Source: Corynebacterium glutamicum ATCC 13032 (lineage in GTDB: Bacteria; Actinomycetota; Actinomycetes; Mycobacteriales; Mycobacteriaceae). From it: DNA of 32,000 bases. Positions 7,927-16,497 of the stretch are shown in pieces. The translations under genes were made by a program, and so were the position numbers. Location: positions 2,460,001 through 2,492,000 of the forward strand of contig NC_003450.3 in the NCBI RefSeq assembly GCF_000011325.1. Reading direction: 5' to 3'. Under the pieces are notes generated by a model that saw only the letters and a list, made by a program, of their open reading frames with translations, was not told the DNA's origin and made no database searches. Positions within the stretch are counted from its first letter, which is position 1, and each line of letters begins with the position of its first letter.

Positions 7927-10142
7927 TTTTTTGCTTTGAACTCGCGGCGGCGTGCGTGCAAGATGGGCTCGGTGTAGCCCGATGGGGACTTGGTGCCTTC
8001 GAAAATCAAGTCCTTAGCCGCCTGGAAGGCGAGGGAGGCGTCGTAGTTCGGCGCCATATCGCGGTAGGCCTCGTCGCCCGCATTTTGCTTGTCGACGACC
8101 ACTGCCATTCGTTCCAGTGACTCCAAGACCTGCTCCTTCGAGACAACATCATGGCGGATCCAGTTGGCCAGCATCTGCGAGGAAATACGCAGCGTTGCGC
8201 GGTCTTCCATGAGGTCGATGTCATGGATGTCTGGAACCTTGGAGCAACCAACACCGTGCTCAACCCAGCGCACAACGTATCCGAGGATGGACTGGCAGTT
8301 GTTGTCCATCTCTTCCTTCTTCTCTTCCTCAGACCAATTGGTGTTTGGTGCGGTTGGAATGGTGAGAATGTTGCGCAGGCTGTCGCGGCGGCCGGCAGCA
8401 CGCAGTTCGTCTTGAACCTTGAACACATCAACCAAGTGGTAGTGCGTTGCGTGCAGCGTCGCACCAGTTGGTGAAGGAACCCATGCAGTGTTGGCGCCTT
8501 CGCGTGGCTGGCCGATCTTCTTCTCCAGCATTTCTGCCATGAGTTCAGTCATCGCCCACATGCCCTTACCGATCTGAGCCTTGCCAGGAAGACCACGCTG
8601 AATACCTGCATCAACGTTGTTGTTCTCGTAGGCCTGCTTCCACGGTGCGGTCTGCATATCAGCCTTGCGCACCATGGCGCCTGCTTCCATGGAGGTGTGG
8701 ATTTCATCGCCGGTGCGGTCCAGGAAGCCAGTGTTGATGAATGCCAAGCGGTCAGCAACTTCCATGATGCTGGCATCCAGGTTCACGGACGTGCGACGCT
8801 CCTCATCCATAACACCAACCTTCAAGGTGTGGCGTGGCAGATCAAGCAGATCCTCAACGCGGCCGAAGAGCTCGTTGGTGAACGCGACTTCTTCAGGGCC
8901 GTGCTGCTTAGGCTTCACGATGTAGATGGAGCCCTTGCGGGAATTGCGCATCTTGTTCTGCGGAGCAATTCCTGGGATGGCACAAACAGTGGTCAAGACA
9001 GCATCCATGATGCCTTCGAAGATCTCCTCGCCATCAATCAAGATGGATGGGTTTTGCATGAGGTGACCAACGTTGCGGACGAACAGCAGGGAACGACCGT
9101 GCAGAACCAGCTCGGTACCATTGCGGCCAATGTAGACGCGGTCCTTGTTGAGCTCACGGGTGAAGATGCGTCCGTTCTTGGACATCTCTTCTTTCAGTTC
9201 GCCGGTGTTGAGTCCGAACCAGTTAGAGTAACCTAAGGTCTTGTCTTCAGCATCAACAGCTGCAACGGAGTCTTCGAAGTCCATGATCGTGGTGATCGCA
9301 GATTCCAAAACGATGTCTTTGAGACCAGTCTTGTCTGCCTTGCCGATTGGGTGGACAGGATCGATCTGCAGCTCGATGTGCAGGCCGTTGGTTTCCAGCA
9401 GGATTGCTTCTGGATCAAGGAAGTTGCCGGTGAAGCCACGGTAGGATTCACGGTTTTTCAGTCGGTAGACGCTATCTCCAATGTGGGCTGCAAGCTTTCC
9501 ATCGGTGATGTTGTACTTCTCAACATCGGCATGCGAAGCACCGTCCAGTGGGACAACGCTGTCGAGGAATTCACGACCCCACTCGATGACCTTCTGGCCG
9601 CGGACCGGGTTGTACTCCTTGCCCTTTTCAGCGCCATCAGTTTCTGGGATGGCGTTGGTGCCGTACAACGCATCGTAGAGGGAACCCCAGCGAGCATTGG
9701 CAGCGTTCAGCGCGAAGCGTGCGTTCAGAATTGGAACAACCAGCTGAGGTCCTGCGGTGCTGGAGATTTCCGTATCGACGTTTTGGGTACGGATTTCTGC
9801 AGCTTCTGGCTCCTCAACCAAGTATCCGATTTCTTTGAGGAAATCCTCGTACGCCTCTTGGTCGATGGTGCCGGAGTTGTTGCGGTGGTAGTCGTCGATA
9901 AGCATCTGCAGTTCATCGCGGCGAGCAAGCAGCTCGCGGTTGCGTGGGGTGAGGTCCCGGGCGATGGCGGCGAATCCGGACCAGAACTTTTCCGCATCCA
10001 CACCCACGCGAGGGAGTACCGCTTCGGTTACAAAGTCGTAGAGAACTTTTGCAACCTGCATTCCGCCCGCGTCAACGCGTTCGGTGCTGTCAGTTCCAGC
10101 GTTGTCGGCAGTCTGAGCAGACAACAGTTCCTGTTCAGTCAT
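7923..10142 (-). CDS. aceB: Malate synthase G, 739 aa
   Basis: Full-length MSG-type protein. The size matches C. glutamicum AceB and it lies divergent from isocitrate lyase. AAGGAG ribosome-binding site upstream of the ATG at 10142. Confidence 0.97.
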   Translation of the reverse strand: MTEQELLSAQTADNAGTDSTERVDAGGMQVAKVLYDFVTEAVLPRVGVDAEKFWSGFAAIARDLTPRNRELLARRDELQMLIDDYHRNNSGTIDQEAYEDFLKEIGYLVEEPEAAEIRTQNVDTEISSTAGPQLVVPILNARFALNAANARWGSLYDALYGTNAIPETDGAEKGKEYNPVRGQKVIEWGREFLDSVVPLDGASHADVEKYNITDGKLAAHIGDSVYRLKNRESYRGFTGNFLDPEAILLETNGLHIELQIDPVHPIGKADKTGLKDIVLESAITTIMDFEDSVAAVDAEDKTLGYSNWFGLNTGELKEEMSKNGRIFTRELNKDRVYIGRNGTELVLHGRSLLFVRNVGHLMQNPSILIDGEEIFEGIMDAVLTTVCAIPGIAPQNKMRNSRKGSIYIVKPKQHGPEEVAFTNELFGRVEDLLDLPRHTLKVGVMDEERRTSVNLDASIMEVADRLAFINTGFLDRTGDEIHTSMEAGAMVRKADMQTAPWKQAYENNNVDAGIQRGLPGKAQIGKGMWAMTELMAEMLEKKIGQPREGANTAWVPSPTGATLHATHYHLVDVFKVQDELRAAGRRDSLRNILTIPTAPNTNWSEEEKKEEMDNNCQSILGYVVRWVEHGVGCSKVPDIHDIDLMEDRATLRISSQMLANWIRHDVVSKEQVLESLERMAVVVDKQNAGDEAYRDMAPNYDASLAFQAAKDLIFEGTKSPSGYTEPILHARRREFKAKN

Positions 10143-10337
10143 TGAAGGCTCCTTTTAAAGCATGGGTTTTAGATGACCTGTGCCTAAACCAGAAGAATGC
10201 GAATCCTTCTTGTTTGGCTACGCCGTTAACGGTTGTGAAAACTCTTTTAAGAAAAGCACTCTGACTACCTCTGGAATCTAGGTGCCACTCTTCTTTCGAT
10301 TTCAACCCTTATCGTGTTTGGCGATGTGATCAGACTA

Positions 10338-10353
10338 AGTGATCACCGTCACC
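10338..10353. promoter_or_regulatory. CRP/GlxR-like half-palindrome aGTGA-N6-TCACc
   Basis: AGTGATCACCGTCACC matches the GTGA/TCAC cores of the published GlxR consensus TGTGANNTANNTCACA. It is adjacent to a GTGATCA direct repeat at 10325-10345. Confidence 0.3.
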
Positions 10354-10368
10354 AGCAAAAGGGGTTTG

Positions 10369-10381
10369 CGAACTTTACTAA
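10369..10381. promoter_or_regulatory. Degenerate RamB-like box (CGAACTTTACTAA, 10/13 to consensus)
   Basis: Compared by eye with A(A/G)AACTTTGCAAA; the AACTTT core is intact. Confidence 0.3.
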
Positions 10382-10528
10382 GTCATTACCCCCGCCTAAC
10401 CCCGACTTTTATCTAGGTCACACCTTCGAAACCTACGGAACGTTGCGGTGCCTGCATTTTCCCATTTCAGAGCATTTGCCCAGTACATCCGTACTAGCAA
10501 CTCCCCCGCCCACTTTTTCTGCGAAGCC

Positions 10529-10541
10529 AGAACTTTGCAAA
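10529..10541. promoter_or_regulatory. RamB operator, perfect match AGAACTTTGCAAA
   Basis: 13/13 match to the published RamB motif A(A/G)AACTTTGCAAA, about 200 bp upstream of the aceA ATG. It is surrounded by C/G runs of the kind RamA binds. Confidence 0.7.
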
Positions 10542-10740
10542 CTTCACAACAGGGGTGACCACCCCCGCACAAAACTTAAAAACCCAAACCGATTGACGCA
10601 CCAATGCCCGATGGAGCAATGTGTGAACCACGCCACCACGCAAACCGATGCACATCACGTCGAAACAGTGACAGTGCATTAGCTCATACTTTGTGGTCGG
10701 CACCGCCCATTGCGAATCAGCACTTAAGGAAGTGACTTTG

Positions 10741-12039
10741 ATGTCAAACGTTGGAAAGCCACGTACCGCACAGGAAATCCAGCAGGATTGGGACACCAAC
10801 CCTCGTTGGAACGGCATCACCCGCGACTACACCGCAGACCAGGTAGCTGATCTGCAGGGTTCCGTCATCGAGGAGCACACTCTTGCTCGCCGCGGCTCAG
10901 AGATCCTCTGGGACGCAGTCACCCAGGAAGGTGACGGATACATCAACGCGCTTGGCGCACTCACCGGTAACCAGGCTGTTCAGCAGGTTCGTGCAGGCCT
11001 GAAGGCTGTCTACCTGTCCGGTTGGCAGGTCGCAGGTGACGCCAACCTCTCCGGCCACACCTACCCTGACCAGTCCCTCTACCCAGCGAACTCCGTTCCA
11101 AGCGTCGTTCGTCGCATCAACAACGCACTGCTGCGTTCCGATGAAATCGCACGCACCGAAGGCGACACCTCCGTTGACAACTGGGTTGTCCCAATCGTCG
11201 CGGACGGCGAAGCTGGCTTCGGTGGAGCACTCAACGTCTACGAACTCCAGAAGGCAATGATCGCAGCTGGCGCTGCAGGCACCCACTGGGAAGACCAGCT
11301 CGCTTCTGAAAAGAAGTGTGGCCACCTCGGCGGCAAGGTTCTGATCCCAACCCAGCAGCACATCCGCACCCTGAACTCTGCCCGCCTTGCAGCAGACGTT
11401 GCAAACACCCCAACTGTTGTTATCGCACGTACCGACGCTGAGGCAGCAACCCTGATCACCTCTGACGTTGATGAGCGCGACCAACCATTCATCACCGGTG
11501 AGCGCACCGCAGAAGGCTACTACCACGTCAAGAATGGTCTCGAGCCATGTATCGCACGTGCAAAGTCCTACGCACCATACGCAGATATGATCTGGATGGA
11601 GACCGGCACCCCTGACCTGGAGCTCGCTAAGAAGTTCGCTGAAGGCGTTCGCTCTGAGTTCCCAGACCAGCTGCTGTCCTACAACTGCTCCCCATCCTTC
11701 AACTGGTCTGCACACCTCGAGGCAGATGAGATCGCTAAGTTCCAGAAGGAACTCGGCGCAATGGGCTTCAAGTTCCAGTTCATCACCCTCGCAGGCTTCC
11801 ACTCCCTCAACTACGGCATGTTCGACCTGGCTTACGGATACGCTCGCGAAGGCATGACCTCCTTCGTTGACCTGCAGAACCGTGAGTTCAAGGCAGCTGA
11901 AGAGCGTGGCTTCACCGCTGTTAAGCACCAGCGTGAGGTTGGCGCAGGCTACTTCGACCAGATCGCAACCACCGTTGACCCGAACTCTTCTACCACCGCT
12001 TTGAAGGGTTCCACTGAAGAAGGCCAGTTCCACAACTAG
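10741..12039 (+). CDS. aceA: Isocitrate lyase, 432 aa
   Basis: The N-terminus [30 protein letters not shown] matches my recollection of C. glutamicum ICL. ICL signature KKCGHLGGK present. AAGGAAG ribosome-binding site before the ATG at 10741; strongly biased codon usage. Confidence 0.97.
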   Translation: MSNVGKPRTAQEIQQDWDTNPRWNGITRDYTADQVADLQGSVIEEHTLARRGSEILWDAVTQEGDGYINALGALTGNQAVQQVRAGLKAVYLSGWQVAGDANLSGHTYPDQSLYPANSVPSVVRRINNALLRSDEIARTEGDTSVDNWVVPIVADGEAGFGGALNVYELQKAMIAAGAAGTHWEDQLASEKKCGHLGGKVLIPTQQHIRTLNSARLAADVANTPTVVIARTDAEAATLITSDVDERDQPFITGERTAEGYYHVKNGLEPCIARAKSYAPYADMIWMETGTPDLELAKKFAEGVRSEFPDQLLSYNCSPSFNWSAHLEADEIAKFQKELGAMGFKFQFITLAGFHSLNYGMFDLAYGYAREGMTSFVDLQNREFKAAEERGFTAVKHQREVGAGYFDQIATTVDPNSSTTALKGSTEEGQFHN

Positions 12040-12065
12040 GACCTACAGGTTCTGACAATTTAAAT

Positions 12066-12101
12066 CTCCCTACATCTGTACAACGGATGTAGGGAGTTTT
12101 T
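12066..12101 (+). terminator. Rho-independent terminator of aceA
   Basis: 11-bp perfect stem CTCCCTACATC / GATGTAGGGAG followed by TTTTT. Confidence 0.85.
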
Positions 12102-12250
12102 CCTTATATATGCCCTCCACAAATCCCCTATCGTGTGAGATGTGTTTCATAGGTGCCCCCAACGTTGCCTGTTGACTGCAAATTTTCCGAAAGAATCCAT
12201 AAACTACTTCTTTAAGTCGCCAGATTAAAGTCGTCAATGAAAGGACATAC

Positions 12251-12823
12251 ATGTCTATTTCCCGCACCGTCTTCGGCATCGCAGCCACCGCAGCCCTGTC
12301 TGCAGCTCTCGTTGCGTGTTCTCCACCTCACCAGCAGGATTCCCCAGTCCAGCGCACCAATGAGATCTTGACTACTTCTCAGAACCCAACTTCTGCGAGC
12401 AGCACCTCAACCTCTTCCGCAACGACTACTTCCTCAGCTCCTGTGGAAGAGGACGTAGAGATCGTTGTTTCACCAGCAGCGTTGGTGGACGGTGAGCAGG
12501 TTACCTTCGAAATCTCTGGACTTGATCCAGAGGGCGGCTACTACGCAGCGATCTGCGATTCCGTAGCGAACCCTGGTAACCCAGTTCCTTCTTGCACCGG
12601 CGAAATGGCTGATTTCACGTCCCAGGCATGGTTGAGCAACTCCCAGCCCGGCGCGACTGTAGAGATCGCAGAAGACGGCACCGCAACTGTGGAGCTTGAA
12701 GCTACCGCAACCGGCACTGGCTTGGACTGCACCACTCAGGCTTGTGTAGCGAAGGTCTTCGGCGATCATACCGAAGGTTTCCGCGATGTTGCTGAAGTCC
12801 CAGTTACTTTCGCAGCCGCTTAA
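12251..12823 (+). CDS. thiX: Secreted lipoprotein with a Ser/Thr-rich linker and a neocarzinostatin-like C-terminal domain, 190 aa (historically named thiX)
   Basis: Signal peptide with lipobox LVAC. Linker TSQNPTSASSTSTSSATTTSS. The C-terminal domain matches the neocarzinostatin apoprotein pattern (LxDGxxV..GL..G..Y....C ... DCTTxAC ... VxF). Confidence 0.8.
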   Translation: MSISRTVFGIAATAALSAALVACSPPHQQDSPVQRTNEILTTSQNPTSASSTSTSSATTTSSAPVEEDVEIVVSPAALVDGEQVTFEISGLDPEGGYYAAICDSVANPGNPVPSCTGEMADFTSQAWLSNSQPGATVEIAEDGTATVELEATATGTGLDCTTQACVAKVFGDHTEGFRDVAEVPVTFAAA

Positions 12824-12842
12824 GTTTTCTTAAAACGCACTC

Positions 12843-12892
12843 AAGGCGCATCGTCAAGGTTGATTCCTTAGGATGCGCCTTCTTTGTCTTTT
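12843..12892. terminator. Bidirectional terminator between thiX and the convergent phosphoesterase gene
   Basis: 10-bp perfect stem AAGGCGCATC / GATGCGCCTT with a 19-nt loop, followed by CTTTGTCTTTT. Confidence 0.7.
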
Positions 12893-13481
12893 AAATCTTC
12901 TCGCTCAGCGATTCCCACAGCTTGAGCTGCACTAATTCACGAGGTGCCGGCTTCAAACCCCACGCCTCTACCCCAACATCAACCTGCCCCGGCCCCGTCA
13001 TGGGGAACTGGGAATGCAAATGCCCATGAATCAGCAAAGGCACACGCAGGCGGAGATCATCAAACCGCGATTCCATCCCCGGATGATCTTGGCCCGGCCG
13101 AGGGAAATGCGACAAGTAGACATCCTCGTCGTCCCATTTCATCCGCTGAAACGCCTGAACCGAATCAAAAACCTCCAAAAACCGCCGCTGTCGCTTGTAC
13201 GCATGCCGGTACATCGGGTGGCAAGAATCGTGGTTTCCAGGAACAAGATGCTTGACGACGCCGCCCAGCCGCTCAGCAATTAAGCCCAGCGCGCGCTCTT
13301 CAGCGCGATGGGCACCAGAGGAAAGATCTCCCAGAATCCACAGCACATCATCTGGGCCGATCGTGTTCTCAAAATTGCTCAGTATTACTTCATCGTGTTC
13401 ATCTGGATCGTCGAAACCCCGCATCGATGCCACGAATTTGTGACCTAAATGAAGGTCAGAGCTAAACCACATGTCAGTCAT
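12891..13481 (-). CDS. Metallophosphoesterase (calcineurin-like Ser/Thr phosphatase family), about 196 aa
   Basis: All metallophosphoesterase motifs are present: SDLHLGH, GDLS, GNHD, HGHLH. ATG 13481 or 13472 is preferred. The TTG at 13553 lies in an AT-rich TATTATAAG stretch that looks like a -10 region. Confidence 0.8.
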   Translation of the reverse strand: MTDMWFSSDLHLGHKFVASMRGFDDPDEHDEVILSNFENTIGPDDVLWILGDLSSGAHRAEERALGLIAERLGGVVKHLVPGNHDSCHPMYRHAYKRQRRFLEVFDSVQAFQRMKWDDEDVYLSHFPRPGQDHPGMESRFDDLRLRVPLLIHGHLHSQFPMTGPGQVDVGVEAWGLKPAPRELVQLKLWESLSEKI

Positions 13482-13653
13482 AGACGCCAGTCTAGCTTTT
13501 GCGATTGACTCCCCATCCGTGAATACTAGGGAGTCCAATTGCTTATAATACAAAAACAGGAATATTTAACTCGACTTCTTAAAAAAGCTCTATACGTAAA
13601 TATCTTGCCCATCCAGCACCACCTCATTGTGGTGCACAATGGAGAGGACACAC

Positions 13654-15546
13654 ATGTCCACCAACTCTGGCAATAACTTGCCTGAATCCCAAGAGTCACC
13701 CGAGGAACCTCATTATCCTCACGACACCCACCCAGGCCTAGTTCCTGGCATTTCGGTCGATGCTCAACGCAACAAGTTCGGACTCGACAAAACCGTTTTC
13801 GGCGTCACCGCAGCATTAATTCTGGCGTTCATCGCCTGGGGCATTTCCAGCCCTGATTCGGTTTCTTCAGTATCGTCCACGATGTTCAGTTGGGCTATGA
13901 CGAATACTGGTTGGCTCCTCAACTTTGTCATGCTGATCGGCATTGGCACCATGCTCTACATCGCTTTTTCGCGCTACGGCCGCATCAAGCTGGGCACGGA
14001 CGAAGACGAACCAGAATTCTCTCGCTTTTCCTGGATTGCGATGATGTTCGGCGCCGGCATCGGTGTCGGTATCTTCTTCTTCGGTCCTTCCGAACCGCTG
14101 TGGCATTATCTCAGTCCCCCACCTCACACCGTGGAAGGATCTACACCTGAGTCCTTGCACCAAGCACTTGCGCAGTCCCACTTCCACTGGGGCTTATCCG
14201 CCTGGGGGCTGTATGCCTTGGTCGGCGGCGCGTTGGCGTACTCCAGTTACCGACGCGGCCGCGTAACCTTGATCAGCTCCACCTTCCGGTCACTTTTCGG
14301 TGAGAAAACCGAAGGTATCGCGGGTCGCCTCATCGACATGATGGCGATCATCGCCACGCTGTTTGGAACGGCTGCAACCTTGGGCCTTTCAGCAATTCAG
14401 GTTGGTCAGGGCGTGCAGATTATTTCTGGCGCTTCGGAAATCACCAACAACATCTTGATCGCCATCATCGCGATCTTGACCATTGGCTTCATCATCTCCT
14501 CAGTATCTGGCGTGTCCAAGGGCATTCGTTATCTTTCCAACCTCAATATTTCCTTGACGCTTGGATTGGTCCTGTTTGTGTTCATCACCGGCCCCACCTT
14601 GTTCCTGCTCAACTTGATCCCATCGAGTGTGTTGGAATATGGCAGTGAGTTCTTGTCAATGGCTGGCAAGTCTTTGTCGTGGGGTGAGGAAACCATTGAA
14701 TTCCAAGCTGGTTGGACGGCGTTCTACTGGGCATGGTGGATCGCATGGACTCCATTCGTGGGTATGTTCATCGCGCGTATTTCTCGCGGCCGCACCTTGC
14801 GTGAATTCGCGCTCATCACCATGGCTATCCCCTCCTTCATTTTGATCCTGGCGTTCACCATTTTCGGTGGAACTGCCATCACGATGAACCGCGAGAACGT
14901 AGATGGTTTTGACGGCAGTTCATCCAAGGAACAGGTGCTGTTTGATATGTTCAGCAACCTTCCGCTGTACTCGATCACACCGTTCATTTTGATCTTTGTG
15001 CTGGCAGTATTCTTTGTTACCTCTGCCGATTCCGCCTCCGTGGTGATGGGAACGATGAGCTCCCAAGGTAACCCTGCACCAAACAAATTAATCGTGGTGT
15101 TCTGGGGACTGTGCATGATGGGCATCGCGGTGGTCATGCTGCTTACTGGTGGCGAATCCGCGCTGACTGGTCTGCAGAACCTCACCATTTTGATCGCCAT
15201 TCCGTTTGCGCTGGTGTTGATCGTGATGGCTATTGCCTTTATTAAGGACTTATCCACAGACCCAGCCGCTATTCGACAACGCTATGCAAAGGCAGCCATC
15301 TCTAACGCGGTGGTTCGTGGCTTGGAAGAACACGGCGACGACTTCGAGCTCTCCATCGAACCTGCAGAGGAAGGTCGTGGAGCGGGTGCTACCTTCGATT
15401 CCACCGCTGATCACATCACCGACTGGTATCAGCGCACCGACGAAGAAGGCAATGATGTTGATTATGACTTCACCACCGGCAAATGGGCCGATGGTTGGAC
15501 ACCGGAATCGACCGAAGAAGGCGAAGTGGACGCGAAAAAGGATTAA
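13654..15546 (+). CDS. lcoP: BCCT-family osmoregulated betaine/ectoine carrier, 630 aa
   Basis: BCCT signature WTAFYWAWWIAWTPFVGMFIARISRGRTLREF, 12 TM segments and an acidic C-terminal tail. The length and position next to aceA-thiX match my recollection of LcoP. GGAGAGG ribosome-binding site before the ATG at 13654. Confidence 0.9.
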   Translation: MSTNSGNNLPESQESPEEPHYPHDTHPGLVPGISVDAQRNKFGLDKTVFGVTAALILAFIAWGISSPDSVSSVSSTMFSWAMTNTGWLLNFVMLIGIGTMLYIAFSRYGRIKLGTDEDEPEFSRFSWIAMMFGAGIGVGIFFFGPSEPLWHYLSPPPHTVEGSTPESLHQALAQSHFHWGLSAWGLYALVGGALAYSSYRRGRVTLISSTFRSLFGEKTEGIAGRLIDMMAIIATLFGTAATLGLSAIQVGQGVQIISGASEITNNILIAIIAILTIGFIISSVSGVSKGIRYLSNLNISLTLGLVLFVFITGPTLFLLNLIPSSVLEYGSEFLSMAGKSLSWGEETIEFQAGWTAFYWAWWIAWTPFVGMFIARISRGRTLREFALITMAIPSFILILAFTIFGGTAITMNRENVDGFDGSSSKEQVLFDMFSNLPLYSITPFILIFVLAVFFVTSADSASVVMGTMSSQGNPAPNKLIVVFWGLCMMGIAVVMLLTGGESALTGLQNLTILIAIPFALVLIVMAIAFIKDLSTDPAAIRQRYAKAAISNAVVRGLEEHGDDFELSIEPAEEGRGAGATFDSTADHITDWYQRTDEEGNDVDYDFTTGKWADGWTPESTEEGEVDAKKD

Positions 15547-15559
15547 AAAATAACGACTG

Positions 15560-15597
15560 GCTGGGATTCACACCATGTGAATCCCAGCTATTTTGTT
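15560..15597 (+). terminator. Rho-independent terminator of lcoP
   Basis: 13-bp perfect stem GCTGGGATTCACA / TGTGAATCCCAGC with a 3-nt loop, followed by TATTTTGTTT. Confidence 0.85.
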
Positions 15598-15764
15598 TGC
15601 TCAGTGCCCTCGTGACCGTCCTATGTGACCGATGAGGTGAGTTTCGGGGAGTCTTCGGCTGCCTAGTTTGGTGTCCAAGGCGTAATAGCCAAACTAGGTG
15701 GCTAAGAAACAATCCGAATAGGCTTTATTGGCCGCTTGGTCTGTATCTGGAAACTCTGAGCACA

Positions 15765-15813
15765 AGACTAAAAACTAAAGGCCGGGATTCACATCGAGTG
15801 AATCCCGGCCTTT
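15765..15813 (-). terminator. Rho-independent terminator of the 93-aa gene (minus strand)
   Basis: 16-bp perfect stem AAAGGCCGGGATTCAC / GTGAATCCCGGCCTTT with a 5-nt loop. On the minus strand it is followed by AGTTTTTAG. The stem core is nearly identical to the lcoP terminator. Confidence 0.8.
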
Positions 15814-15837
15814 AGTTAATTTATGGGCAGCTAAAAC

Positions 15838-16119
15838 TTATGCTGCCATGCCACGGTTGAGGGCAATGAAGTCAAGCAGGTCTGCGTTAACGTTGCCAGC
15901 AATCTGCTGAAGTGCAGCGGTTGCCTCGCGAGCGATGAAAATCTTGCTGAAGACGGTGATCTTGGCTTCGCGGTTAGATGCGACATGGTCCAAAATTGCG
16001 TCTACCTGGACAGGATCGACCAGGCCATCGAAGCGAGCGTGAAGATCCTCACGTACGCTCCAAAGAGCATCTTGCTGTGCTGGACGGATCGTGGAGATCT
16101 TGGAAGCTGTGGTAGCCAT
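15838..16119 (-). CDS. Hypothetical 93-aa protein, possibly of the actinobacterial three-helix-bundle dimerisation-domain family
   Basis: AAAGGAA ribosome-binding site 8 nt upstream of the ATG, and its own terminator. The pattern L..F.G.V....V......F..A.I..F..I...R.A...L resembles the three-helix-bundle domain as I remember it; this is unverified. Confidence 0.6.
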   Translation of the reverse strand: MATTASKISTIRPAQQDALWSVREDLHARFDGLVDPVQVDAILDHVASNREAKITVFSKIFIAREATAALQQIAGNVNADLLDFIALNRGMAA

Positions 16120-16180
16120 TGTCGTGTTCCTTTCTGTTTCCGAGGGAGTTAATACTTGAACCCCCGGCTGTTAACCTGAT

Positions 16181-16200
16181 GTTTACTTTAGTTTACTTTC
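16181..16200. repeat. Tandem 10-bp direct repeat GTTTACTTTA GTTTACTTTC in a divergent promoter region
   Basis: Read directly, 9/10 identity. It lies in the 378-bp AT-rich gap between the 93-aa and 332-aa genes. Confidence 0.6.
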
Positions 16201-16497
16201 TATCAACCTACAAGCACTCCAGGCGAAAAGTAGTGGGATCGGGCCAACTAATTTCAATCCACCCCCACAAAATCCTTAAATCGGCACAATTTATACCAGA
16301 CCGCAAAAAACATAACAGCAGGTCAGGGCTACTTAAGCTACCTAAAAAGCAACTCAGGACACCTTAGCTAAACTTAGTGACTAGAATCACCCCCAGGGTG
16401 TGAATAAAACTTGTTTCCTGGTCATTTCCCCTACTGAACTGCGCTTATGCCTATGCTTAGAAACCAGAGACAAGCTTAAGAAGGACAGGGGCCGGCC

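Noticed and set aside
8697-10145. 179-aa and 264-aa ORFs antisense to aceB, plus several 60-150-aa overlapping ORFs
   Set aside because: They lie entirely inside the malate synthase G gene on the opposite strand or in shifted frames. They have no ribosome-binding sites or motifs and their composition is typical of shadow ORFs.
10314-10682. 122-aa ORF inside the aceB-aceA intergenic region
   Set aside because: It lies in the well-known regulatory region and spans the RamB box. The product is Pro/His/Thr-rich low complexity, and there is no ribosome-binding site or coding-type codon bias.
10897-12033. 378-aa ORF antisense to aceA
   Set aside because: The plus-strand frame carries the full isocitrate lyase sequence, including the KKCGHLGGK signature. 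Long stop-free antisense frames are an expected by-product of strong GC3 codon bias. The product is low complexity with no motifs.
12102-12250. TPP riboswitch expected upstream of a gene named thiX
   Set aside because: The conserved TPP aptamer elements (a CTGAGA box and an ACCTGATCTGGATAATGCCAGCG-like segment) are absent. The region looks like a plain promoter and ribosome-binding site.
15559-15813. Reading the whole 255-bp lcoP-downstream region as one large palindrome or MITE with terminal inverted repeats
   Set aside because: A hand alignment of the interior halves gave only about 35% identity, which is near random. Only the two terminal hairpins and a central 10-bp repeat are related. 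No target-site duplication is visible, and inward-pointing T tails are what convergent terminators need.
16119-16367. 82-aa ORF in the AT-rich divergent promoter region
   Set aside because: It begins at the complement of the 93-aa gene's start codon, uses an AT-rich codon set unlike the rest of the window, and has no ribosome-binding site. It is most likely non-coding promoter DNA.
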